DNA of 64,000 nucleotides from Gemmatimonadota bacterium (lineage in GTDB: Bacteria; Gemmatimonadota; Gemmatimonadetes; Palauibacterales; Palauibacteraceae). Numbering within the stretch: the first letter of the stretch is position 1; each line of letters starts with the position of its first letter. The notes beneath the pieces were generated by a model, which did not search any database, was not told where the DNA came from, and was given only the letters and a program-made list of their open reading frames with translations. The translations under genes and the position numbers were made by a program. Positions 1-8,012 of the stretch are shown piece by piece. The stretch spans positions 13,203 to 77,202 of the forward strand of contig JBDHAC010000001.1 of NCBI GenBank assembly GCA_039588275.1, given 5' to 3'.

Positions 1-1015
1 CGCGGCGCAACCGCGGCAGGGGGCAACGCGTCCCCGCTTGCCACGTCGGCGAGACGTCACCCTCCGCTCCATTTGCCCAGAGGTGCACCGAATGTGGGCG
101 CGGATCGTCCGGGTGCGGATCGGGGGCCTGCGGATCGTTCGGAAGCTTGGCCTCCGCGTCGATGAACCGCTCGAGCCGTCGGTTGACGTAGCCGTGCAGA
201 TCGGCCTCGTACAGGTCGTTGTTCGCCGGTATGATCGTCGGGTGAACGCCGAAGATGCTGAACGCGCCGGCCGGTACCCATTTCTCATCGCTCTGCCGCA
301 GCGTCTCGACGCGTAGCATGGTCCACGTACGATCCACCGCCAAACCGATGGGCGCCGGAAAGCCCGGCGGCGTCAGGCCCGTGTTCGCCAGGTAAGGCTC
401 GTAGCTCCGGTTCCGGCTCGCGCCCGTGATCAACGTGCTCCCCCACGCCGCGCGAGCAGGTTCCAGGTTAGCCGGGTGGAACGCGCTGTCGAGGGCGGTC
501 GCGATGCGCTCCGCGAAGAACGCCAACACGTTCTTGTCGAACCCTGCCAAGGAGGAGCCGACCTCGTTGAACGCGGCCGCGTCGAAGTAGTGCGAGGGCG
601 CGGCGTGCGTGTGCGTGGCGGCAAGCAAGAGCTCGTGGAACTCGAGCTTCGCCCCCTCCGCGAGCTTGACCGATTTGAGATGCAGCCCGGGCGAGATCGC
701 CTGTAGATCGGCGACCGCGAGCGCGAGGCGTTGCCCGTGGGCGTCCACGAGCGCGAGAACACGGACGTACAACCGCTGCCGGAAGCCACGAGCCTCTCGG
801 CCCTCCGGCCCGAAGCCCTGCAGGCCCAGCCCGGGTGGCGGGGTGATATCGACCCGCGCGAATCCCGCCTGCAGTACACCGGATTGCGCAGGAACGTGGC
901 GGACTCCAACGTCGGCGACGAACGCCTGTGCCGCCGCCCTCTCACCCCCGAAGGTCACGACCGCGAGCGCGCACGCAAGGAGGCTCGCGCCAAGCCGTCG
1001 CCGACTCCACTCCAC
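1..1015 (-). CDS. Neutral/alkaline ceramidase-like hydrolase, N-terminal part (gene continues beyond window start)
   Basis: Absent from the ORF track because it runs off the edge. My manual reverse translation from GTG 1015 is stop-free down to position 2. It reads VEWSRRRLGASLLACALAVVTF (signal-like), then GFGPEGREARGFRQRLYVRVLAL, LLLAATHTHAAPSHYF, FSIFGVHPT and ANGAEGDVSP. These resemble ceramidase N-domain blocks as I recall them. The listed ORFs 38..316 and 430..945 are wrong frames of this gene. Confidence 0.6.
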   Translation of the reverse strand, partial: MEWSRRRLGASLLACALAVVTFGGERAAAQAFVADVGVRHVPAQSGVLQAGFARVDITPPPGLGLQGFGPEGREARGFRQRLYVRVLALVDAHGQRLALAVADLQAISPGLHLKSVKLAEGAKLEFHELLLAATHTHAAPSHYFDAAAFNEVGSSLAGFDKNVLAFFAERIATALDSAFHPANLEPARAAWGSTLITGASRNRSYEPYLANTGLTPPGFPAPIGLAVDRTWTMLRVETLRQSDEKWVPAGAFSIFGVHPTIIPANNDLYEADLHGYVNRRLERFIDAEAKLPNDPQAPDPHPDDPRPHSVHLWANGAEGDVSPTWQAGTRCPLPRLRR

Positions 1016-1017
1016 CG

Positions 1018-1877
1018 TCATTGTAGGGCGACCGACAGGGTGATGGAGAGAATGCGCCACTTCACCTCCTGGTTCTGGTCGATGGCGCGGAGGGAGGTTC
1101 GTCGAGTCTCCGAGTCGATGTTCTGCTGGAAGCGGAACGGTTCGATGACCAGGGTCACGCTCGGAATGTTGAACATGTGCTCGACGGCCTCGCTCGCCGC
1201 GATCACGAACGTAGGTGCGACGGCGACGTGGGTGGGACCATGGTCATCGAAATAGGACAGCTCACCCACGGATCGCTCCTGGCCAAGGCTATAGCCACCC
1301 ACCACGTCCAGGTAGAAAGAGGATTCCACACCCATCGCGGTGATCGGGACGCGAAAGCTCCCGGCCGCCTCCAGGTAGGTCCCGTCCACTTCATCATAGT
1401 CGTGCCAGACGGAGATTCGCGGGGCGAAGAAGTCGATGCCTCGCCACTCGACGCTGCCGAACACCTCGTGCGTGTCGCTATCGCGTCCACGCCCGCCGGC
1501 AGACGGGTCACCGCGGAAGCGGTAGGCGACCCAGCCGGCACCCAGCACGAAGTCGTGTAACTCAAACAGGTATTGGACGGAGAGGTTGTATTCGGTCCGG
1601 CCACCCTCATCGAAGCCGGCATCGGTCAACTGATCCGGCCCCGCCTCTCCGAACTCTATGCTCTCCCAGAACTCCCCGGTCAGATAGCCGGACCCCAGCT
1701 TCACGGCGGCATACACCCCGGGCTGGAGGACCCAGCCACTCGCCCGCGTCAGACCACGCCAGTGATACTGGGATGCGAACGTCAGGTCGGTGCCGGCCGC
1801 GAACTGAGCGGCAAGCGGCCGTGCGCCTGATGCGGCGATCGCCGCCACGAGCATGCACGCGATGTTCCGCAACGCCA
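1018..1877 (-). CDS. Outer-membrane beta-barrel protein (TorF/Gcw_chp-like)
   Basis: 3' part of ORF 1018..2064. GTG 1877 (or ATG 1854) gives the signal peptide ..MLVAAIAASGARPLAAQ. The sequence has an alternating strand pattern and is aromatic/Gly rich. The block SQYHWRGLT..GWVLQPGVY resembles TorF-type barrels (recollection). Its stop lies 2 nt before the ceramidase-like start. Confidence 0.6.
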
Positions 1878-2098
1878 CTTCGGCGACTACTCCTTGGTTG
1901 CTTCCGGAGTGGGAGAGAGCCGCTCCGCGGTTCCACCATGAAAGCAAGCGCTCACTCTCGAATCTCGTCCGCAAAGGGTCGTGACCACAACACCGAAACT
2001 CGGAAATCGCGATCTTCGTCCGTTTCGCGCAGGCGGTAAGGCCACGCCCCCACGCGCACCCCACCCCTCAGGTGCATCCAGGATGCACCGAGTGACCG

Positions 2099-2137
2099 GA
2101 ATCTTACATTGGCGGCGAGCTCGCCCATGTAAGATTC
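2099..2137. promoter_or_regulatory. 39-bp near-perfect palindrome (candidate operator or stem-loop) in the divergent intergenic region
   Basis: The sequence is GAATCTTACAT-tGGCGGCGAGCTCGCCc-ATGTAAGATTC. It has perfect 11-bp AT-rich inverted arms around an internal 12-bp palindrome GGCGAGCTCGCC. It lies ~135 nt upstream of ATG 2271 and ~220 nt upstream of the divergent barrel gene. A second small inverted repeat, GGTGCAT-ccagg-ATGCACC, sits at 2071-2089. Confidence 0.5.
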
Positions 2138-2270
2138 TGCGTATTCGTGGCATCTGTATATGGGAGGAGGGCCCAATCAGTAGATCCTCCGGCTGCCGGG
2201 CCCGGCCGGTCTTGTCCAGACCGCGACGGCATACAGGTATGTCCCCCACCAGACATCCAGGCTGAGGCCA

Positions 2271-3803
2271 ATGCCCGCTCCACCTTACATCATCCACACC
2301 GGCAAGGACGGGAAGCTGGTCGACATGGGCTCCGGCGATGTGCAGGACATCGTACAGGCGCTGGCCGCCAGCGGGACCGGCGTGCTTCATTTCCACGGCG
2401 GGCTGGTCAACCGGAACAAGGGGATCGCGCTCGCCGAGCGGCTCGATCCCGTCTATCGCCAGGCTCAGGCCGAGCCGGTGTTCTTCGTGTGGGAGTCCGG
2501 CTTCCTCGAGACCGTGACCCACAACCTGCACGAGATCGAGACGGAGAAGATCTTCCGGATCCTGCTGAAGAGGGTCCTGAAACACGTGGTGGGCAAGCTC
2601 ACCGCGGACGCCGGGCAAAAAGCCGCCGGTCAACTCCCCTACCCGAAAGATCCCGAGCTCGCGATCGAGCTCGACAAGCTGGAGGAGGGGACCGAGCCGT
2701 ATGTGGACCTGGAGGTTCCCGGCGACGTCGACGACACGACGGACCAGGAGCGTGAGAAGCTCGAGACCGAGCTGCGGCGCGACAACGACTTTCAGGCGGA
2801 GGCGCGCGCGATCGCGCGAGAGGCCTTGCCCGCGGTAGCCGAGGAGCTCGACGGCTCGAAGGGAGTCGTGGCCACGGGTAGAAAATCGGCGAAATCCCTC
2901 ATGTCGCGGGATGTCGTCGAGGAGCTCGAGGCCGACACCGAACAAGGCCAGAAAGGGCTGCTCACGACCGCCAAGCTCATCGCTCGGGCCGGCAAGATAC
3001 TCCTGAGGGTGATCCGGCGGCTGCGTACGGGCCGCGGGCACGGGGTCTACGTGACGACCGTCGAGGAGATCCTGCGCGAGCTGTACATCGCGAACATCGG
3101 CGGCGGCATCTGGCACATGATGAAGAAGGAAACCGCCGACACGTTCAGCGTCGGGGTGGACCGCGGCGGCCGCGTGTTCGTCGACGAGCTGGGAACCGCG
3201 CTCGCACAGGCGCAGCCCTCGTGGCCCGCGATCGACCTCGTCGGGCACAGCACGGGCGCCGTATACATCCTCAATCTCCTGAAGCACGTCGAGACATGCC
3301 GCGCCCATCACCTGTTCCCGGAAGACTTCTCGTTCCGAAGCGTCGTCTTTCTCGCACCGGCTTGCGACTTCGACGCGTTCGAAGAGGCGCTGGACGACCT
3401 TCGCCATCTGTTTGACGGTTTCCGGCTGTTCGCCATGCGCGATGAGCTGGAGAAGAAGGACAATCTCGTTCCCGGGCTCTATCCACGTTCCCTGCTCTAT
3501 TTCGTCTCGGGAGTGGTGGAGCGTGAGCCCGACGGGAGCACGTCGTTCGATCGCCCGATCCTCGGGATGGAGCGATACTTCCTCGATGCGGAGGTGTACG
3601 ATCAGATCGAGGTCGAGAAAGCTCGCCAGTTCCTCGCCGCGTCCGACCGTCACGCCGTCTGGTCGATAGCGGCCGATGGCGCCGATGGACTCCGGTCGAA
3701 TTCGAACAGGCACGGGGGCTTCGACGACACGGACCCGCAGGATCCCGCCAGGCACACCACGATGCTGAGCGTACAACACATGATCCGCCACGGGCCCGCA
3801 TGA
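2271..3803 (+). CDS. Alpha/beta hydrolase (DUF900-like esterase/lipase fold) with a ~200-aa charged helical insertion
   Basis: ORF of 510 aa. Motifs are VLHFHGGLV (HGG oxyanion-type), FFVWESG (compare the FSWPS block of DUF900), the nucleophile elbow DLVGHSTGAVY (Ser ~327 by my count, nt ~3249), VVFLAPACDFDAF (compare the APDxD block) and a late RHGGFDD His. About 240 aa of E/K/D/R-rich sequence separate the WESG block from the GHSTG elbow, roughly 200 aa more than I recall for DUF900. Confidence 0.75.
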   Translation: MPAPPYIIHTGKDGKLVDMGSGDVQDIVQALAASGTGVLHFHGGLVNRNKGIALAERLDPVYRQAQAEPVFFVWESGFLETVTHNLHEIETEKIFRILLKRVLKHVVGKLTADAGQKAAGQLPYPKDPELAIELDKLEEGTEPYVDLEVPGDVDDTTDQEREKLETELRRDNDFQAEARAIAREALPAVAEELDGSKGVVATGRKSAKSLMSRDVVEELEADTEQGQKGLLTTAKLIARAGKILLRVIRRLRTGRGHGVYVTTVEEILRELYIANIGGGIWHMMKKETADTFSVGVDRGGRVFVDELGTALAQAQPSWPAIDLVGHSTGAVYILNLLKHVETCRAHHLFPEDFSFRSVVFLAPACDFDAFEEALDDLRHLFDGFRLFAMRDELEKKDNLVPGLYPRSLLYFVSGVVEREPDGSTSFDRPILGMERYFLDAEVYDQIEVEKARQFLAASDRHAVWSIAADGADGLRSNSNRHGGFDDTDPQDPARHTTMLSVQHMIRHGPA

Positions 3804-4900
3804 ATCCGCTTCACTACGCCGTGGTCGTGGGAATCAACCACTACCCCGAGCTCGATCCGCTCGTATCGGCGGTCGGGGACGCGCAGAGATTCGCCGCCTG
3901 GCTGGAGAGCGAAGACGGCGGCGGCGTGCCGGCCGACAACATGAGACTCCTCACGGTGAGCAACGCCCAGATCCCGGCCGGCGTCGCGAGAGCGGACGCG
4001 ACGCCGAAGAAGACCGAGATCCATAACGCGCTGTACGAGCTGGCTCAAACCTGCAAGGCGCACGTCGATGAGCACCCCGCGGATTGGGAAAAGACGCGTC
4101 TGTACGTGTACGTGTCGGGGCACGGCCTGGCCCCGGTCTCGACCGAGGCCGCGCTCCTCATGGCGGATGCCGGACCCGACTGGTACGGAGAGAACTTCCC
4201 GTGCGCGAGCTTCGTGGGTTGGTACCAGGAGGCTCAGTACTTCAAGGAGCTGGTGTTCTTCGCCGACTGCTGTCGCTACTGGGTCGAGGAAGCACCGCTC
4301 GCCACGCCGCCCTGGACCAAGGTGCGCGGCAACAGCGGAAGGGTGATCCGGGTCACCGGCTACGCGACGTTCTTCGGCGATCCCGCCTACGAGCCCCCCG
4401 CCGAGGAGCTCGAGCCCGCCGACGAGCGGCGCAGCTATTTCACGAAGGCCCTGCTCGAGGGGTTGGAGGGCAAGGCGGCGGACGAGGGCTCGCGCGAGAT
4501 CGACTCCAACACGCTGGCGACGTATGTCCGAGCTCGGGTCATGGAGCTGACCCGCGGCAAGCGTTCGCCTCAGGAGCCGCAGATGGCCGCCGACCCGGCA
4601 ACTCCCATCCTGTTCGGGAAGTTGAGCGAGCCGGAGGCCGAGGAGGCGAAGAACGTGACCGTGACGATCCAGATCGTCACCCCATACGATGGTGACGTCG
4701 CGGTGCTGGACGGTTACTTCCAGCCCGTGGAGACGCGGGTCGCCTCGCCCGACCCCTGGGTCATCGAGCTTCCCGGCCCCCGAATGTATCAGGTGCATCC
4801 GCTCGAGCCCGATGGCACGGTCGATCCGGAGGCGCACAATCCTTTCACCGATGAGGGCCGCTTCAGCGTGGTTGGAGAGGACCGAAGTGTTGAGCTCTAG
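3800..4900 (+). CDS. Caspase-fold cysteine peptidase (Peptidase C14-like) with a C-terminal beta-sandwich-like tail
   Basis: ORF of 366 aa; its ATG overlaps the upstream stop (ATGA at 3800-3803). Motifs are YAVVVGINHYP..L..AVGDAQRFAAWL, YVYVSGHG (His ~108) and LVFFADCCRYW (Cys ~157/158), which together form the canonical caspase/metacaspase His-Cys dyad context. The last ~90 aa (NVTVTIQIVTPYDGDVAVLDGYF..) look beta-rich. Confidence 0.8.
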   Translation: MNPLHYAVVVGINHYPELDPLVSAVGDAQRFAAWLESEDGGGVPADNMRLLTVSNAQIPAGVARADATPKKTEIHNALYELAQTCKAHVDEHPADWEKTRLYVYVSGHGLAPVSTEAALLMADAGPDWYGENFPCASFVGWYQEAQYFKELVFFADCCRYWVEEAPLATPPWTKVRGNSGRVIRVTGYATFFGDPAYEPPAEELEPADERRSYFTKALLEGLEGKAADEGSREIDSNTLATYVRARVMELTRGKRSPQEPQMAADPATPILFGKLSEPEAEEAKNVTVTIQIVTPYDGDVAVLDGYFQPVETRVASPDPWVIELPGPRMYQVHPLEPDGTVDPEAHNPFTDEGRFSVVGEDRSVEL

Positions 4901-6488
4901 CGCTCGTGCGCGAGTCGAGCTCGCGACCCCCCAGGGGCCGCTCGAGCTGAAGCTGTACGATCACACGCATACGCTGGTTGCCAGCGGATTCGGCCAGATC
5001 GAGCGCTCGCTACGACCGGGCCTGTACCGGCTCGAGGTCCACGCGGGGTCGAGGACCGAGAAGCACTTCATCACCGTCGGACCGAGCGGGTTGGTCGACA
5101 GGGAGATCACGATCGACATGCCCTCCGCCGCGCCGATCGGCGGAACGAGCACCGTGCACGAGTTCCACGGCTACCCGGCCTCGCAATTGAGCCGCCAACC
5201 TCAGGGTGCCTTCGGATACGGGGGTCGGCTGGTGGTTTTCGTCCGGAACATGGGCGAGAACCCACAGGGCCCCGTGGATGTCGACTCCGTGTCGGTCTTC
5301 GACGCTCGAAACGCACCGCTGGGGACCGGGCTCGCGGACTTCCATCACAGCCCGGGCGAGGGATGGGCCGGCTTGAGCGTGGATGTCCAGCCCGGCGGGT
5401 ACATACTGCGCCAGACCCGGCCGCGTCGGGGACCGGGTGAGTACTCGGAGAAGACCGTCGACCAGTCGATCTGGGTGGCACAGGACTGGATAACCCTCGT
5501 CTTCGTGCCATTCCGTGACAAAGTCGGCTACCCCCAGCCCGAGTTCGCATCCGTGCACATGGCCAGGCACGAGCTCGGGTTCGATCCCTATGACCAGGAG
5601 ATGCAAGCCGCCAACGTGGCTCTGGAGATCGCCTTGTCGGGCCTGCGGGGCGGTCGCGCGAACGTGCCCCGTGATCTCGAGCAGCTCATGCTGCGGGGCA
5701 AGTTCGGGAACCCGATGCTCGGCATCGTGGGCGCGCTCGGCCTCCTGCATGCGGACAAGACCAACTGGCGGCTGTTCGACATCGTACGCCGGAACCTCAA
5801 GCGGCTCGTCCCGGAGCACCCCGACGTCCAGGCGCTGCACGTGATGGGCAAGCAGAAGCGGGAGGACGAGCGCGAATCACGCGTCCCGGCCGCGACGTGG
5901 CCGCCGATGCTGTACGCCTGCTACCGCGGGCTGATCGACCGCGATTCGGACGAAACACGCCGCCTCATCCCCGAGGGCTCGATCGCCGATCACGCCGCCT
6001 CCCGACTGCTGGCGCAGGGTCCCTGGACGCGGTGGCGCGCGATTCACGGCCCCGCCGAGGAAGCTCGGGACGAGCAATTGGACAAACGCATCAAGTCGGC
6101 GGTGGATCAGCTGCGGTCGATCGCGGCGCAAGAGGGTGAGACCGAGCTGGTGGCGCAATTGCGACATTCGTGGAATGAAGGCGTCGCCAAGCTGGATGTC
6201 AGCGTCGGCGATCGGCCACGCTCGACCCCGGCGACCGGCATCTCCGTGACCAAGGCGGCCGTCGAATCCATGACCCCGGGCACGACGGCGCCCGAGGCGG
6301 CCCCTCACGCCGAAACGCTGCGGGTCGCGAGCTACCTGGAGGGCCTCGCGGAGCAGGCGTCCAAATACAACCTGCCGATTCCCGAAGGGGCCTTCGACGT
6401 ACGCGAGATCAGTGACCAGGTCGGCTTGCCTCGAGCCACGGTGAAGCGGGCGCTCCGTGACCTCGTGGACGAGGGCCTCGAGTTCTGA
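4887..6488 (+). CDS. Hypothetical 533-aa protein: two PG-Y beta-sandwich-like modules, a helical core and a C-terminal winged-helix/HTH-like motif
   Basis: 3' part of ORF 4689..6488. GTG 4887 is preceded by GGAGAGG at 4874-4880 and overlaps the caspase gene by 14 nt. LRPGLYRLEVHAG and VQPGGYILRQT resemble carboxypeptidase-regulatory-like beta sandwiches. The C-terminus ISDQVGLPRATVKRALRDLVDEG is HTH-like. I saw no Walker A motif. Confidence 0.65.
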   Translation: MLSSSARARVELATPQGPLELKLYDHTHTLVASGFGQIERSLRPGLYRLEVHAGSRTEKHFITVGPSGLVDREITIDMPSAAPIGGTSTVHEFHGYPASQLSRQPQGAFGYGGRLVVFVRNMGENPQGPVDVDSVSVFDARNAPLGTGLADFHHSPGEGWAGLSVDVQPGGYILRQTRPRRGPGEYSEKTVDQSIWVAQDWITLVFVPFRDKVGYPQPEFASVHMARHELGFDPYDQEMQAANVALEIALSGLRGGRANVPRDLEQLMLRGKFGNPMLGIVGALGLLHADKTNWRLFDIVRRNLKRLVPEHPDVQALHVMGKQKREDERESRVPAATWPPMLYACYRGLIDRDSDETRRLIPEGSIADHAASRLLAQGPWTRWRAIHGPAEEARDEQLDKRIKSAVDQLRSIAAQEGETELVAQLRHSWNEGVAKLDVSVGDRPRSTPATGISVTKAAVESMTPGTTAPEAAPHAETLRVASYLEGLAEQASKYNLPIPEGAFDVREISDQVGLPRATVKRALRDLVDEGLEF

Positions 6489-6490
6489 GC

Positions 6491-7327
6491 GTGGGGGCTT
6501 CCGCACGCCCGAGCTCGGCCCGGTCGCACCTGATGCAGCTCGTGGTCGTGGCGATCGGTCCGACCTTGACCGCGTGTTCGGCCAACCCGCAGGTGAAGAT
6601 CGCCTCGACCGAGTTCACGGCGGCCCTGGGCGAGCTGAGGACGGCGAGCCGGGACTTCCGGAGCGTCTACACGGCAGAGATCCAAAAGACACGGGACGAC
6701 CTCCAGAACGCCATCGTGGCCCGGGCGCTCCGCTTGCGTGTGGAGCAGATCTCCGAGGATCTGGATGAGCGGGACTCGGAGTTCGCCTCTCGCGGCCTCA
6801 TCTCGCTCGCCGAAGAGCTGGCGCAGACCGAAGAGGAGTACAGGAAGCTCACCGAGCTGGTAGCCAGCGTCACCCTGAGGCGCGAAGACCGTCCGGAGGG
6901 CGGCGTGGAGCGGGCCCTCGAGGCGCAGGCGGCAGCGGCGCGGACGACCGCCGAACAGCTACGGGGACTGAACCCGGCGGCCGCCGAGGAGCTCGAGAAC
7001 CGCGCCCGGGAGCTGGAGGAGAGAAGGAACCTCGACTTTCTCGAGGACGCCAGGATCGGCGCCTACATCGATGCGCTCCTCGAGCTGGGCGCCGCCGCCT
7101 CCGAGGCCGGCGCCAACCTCCGGCAGCTCGACGCGCTCATCCGCGTGCTGCAGGAGACGCACTCGGTCATCCACGCGTGGATCATGACGGACGTCAGCGT
7201 CTCCGGCGAACAGCTCGCGGATCTGTTCGAGGAGCATGCGGAGGCGCTCGGCCTGACCCTCGGCGCCGACCCCGATGACCCGTCAAGCCCCAGCGGCGAC
7301 GGCGGTGCGGAAGGCGGCCCCCGATGA
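6491..7327 (+). CDS. Coiled-coil lipoprotein, unknown function
   Basis: ORF of 278 aa with GTG 2 nt after the upstream stop. The signal has a lipobox (..VVVAIGPTLTAC|S). The remainder is long E/A/R/L-rich helical sequence with a Pro/Gly/Asp-rich C-terminal tail. Confidence 0.65.
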   Translation: MGASARPSSARSHLMQLVVVAIGPTLTACSANPQVKIASTEFTAALGELRTASRDFRSVYTAEIQKTRDDLQNAIVARALRLRVEQISEDLDERDSEFASRGLISLAEELAQTEEEYRKLTELVASVTLRREDRPEGGVERALEAQAAAARTTAEQLRGLNPAAAEELENRARELEERRNLDFLEDARIGAYIDALLELGAAASEAGANLRQLDALIRVLQETHSVIHAWIMTDVSVSGEQLADLFEEHAEALGLTLGADPDDPSSPSGDGGAEGGPR

Positions 7328-8007
7328 GACGCGCCGGGTGGCGGATTCTCCCGGTGGCGTTCGTGGCGGTCGCCGCCACGGCCTGCGCTTCGACGGCGAC
7401 GCGAGAGCTCACGGTCATGGAGCTCCAGCTGCTCGACACGCTCCAGGCCCGCATCGATACGAACGGCGACGCGCTGGATGGCGTCCTCTCGGACCTGTTG
7501 GAGATCTCGCGCGAAGCCCTCGCGGACCAGCACGCGCTGACCGCCAGCATCGCCAGGGCACAGCTGCTCGAATCGATGAGATCGCCTTGGCTGGTGCAGC
7601 GCGAAGAGGGGACGCTGGCGATCACCCAGCGCGAGGTCGCGCTCTATCACCTGTATTCGCTCCACGAGGCCCAGCGCGAGCTGCTATCGGCCAAGGTGGA
7701 GGAGCGACGCGCGGCGTTGGACGAGGTCGAGGCGGCTCACGCCCGGCTCCGATCGCTCGTCCGCGAGTTGATAAAGGCCGAGAAGGTCATTCTGGCGCAC
7801 CTCGAGCAACCCCGCGGGGCGCAGATCCGGTCTCTCCTCACCGGCCTGCTCGGCGAGGCCACGGCCTTTCGCGAAGCGCTCGCCGAATCCGACGACCCGA
7901 GGCTTCAGGAGCTGAGCGAGCGGGTAAAGAGCGCGCAGGAGCGGGTTGAGCGCGTGCAGACGTTGGTCGAACGGGCGCTTGAAGCCGCACGGTCGGGAGG
8001 GAGTTAG
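7324..8007 (+). CDS. Coiled-coil lipoprotein, unknown function
   Basis: ORF of 227 aa with an ATGA overlap on the upstream gene (7324-7327). Signal plus lipobox is MRRAGWRILPVAFVAVAATAC|A, followed by helical E/L/A/R-rich sequence. Confidence 0.65.
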   Translation: MRRAGWRILPVAFVAVAATACASTATRELTVMELQLLDTLQARIDTNGDALDGVLSDLLEISREALADQHALTASIARAQLLESMRSPWLVQREEGTLAITQREVALYHLYSLHEAQRELLSAKVEERRAALDEVEAAHARLRSLVRELIKAEKVILAHLEQPRGAQIRSLLTGLLGEATAFREALAESDDPRLQELSERVKSAQERVERVQTLVERALEAARSGGS

Positions 8008-8012
8008 AAACG

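Noticed and set aside
38-945. ORFs 38..316 (+), 430..945 (-), 476..706 (+) and 609..1043 (+).
   Set aside because: All are wrong frames of the edge-truncated ceramidase-like gene. That gene reads stop-free on the minus strand from 1015 to the window start, and only that frame gives conserved-looking blocks.
1887-3791. A 634-aa ORF on the minus strand, covering gene A.
   Set aside because: It is antisense to a motif-bearing alpha/beta hydrolase frame. Its translation is Arg/Gly/Pro/Leu-rich with no recognisable motif. Such long shadow ORFs are expected in GC-rich DNA. The same reasoning applies to 3650..4837 (-), 5010..5840 (-) and 7063..7665 (-).
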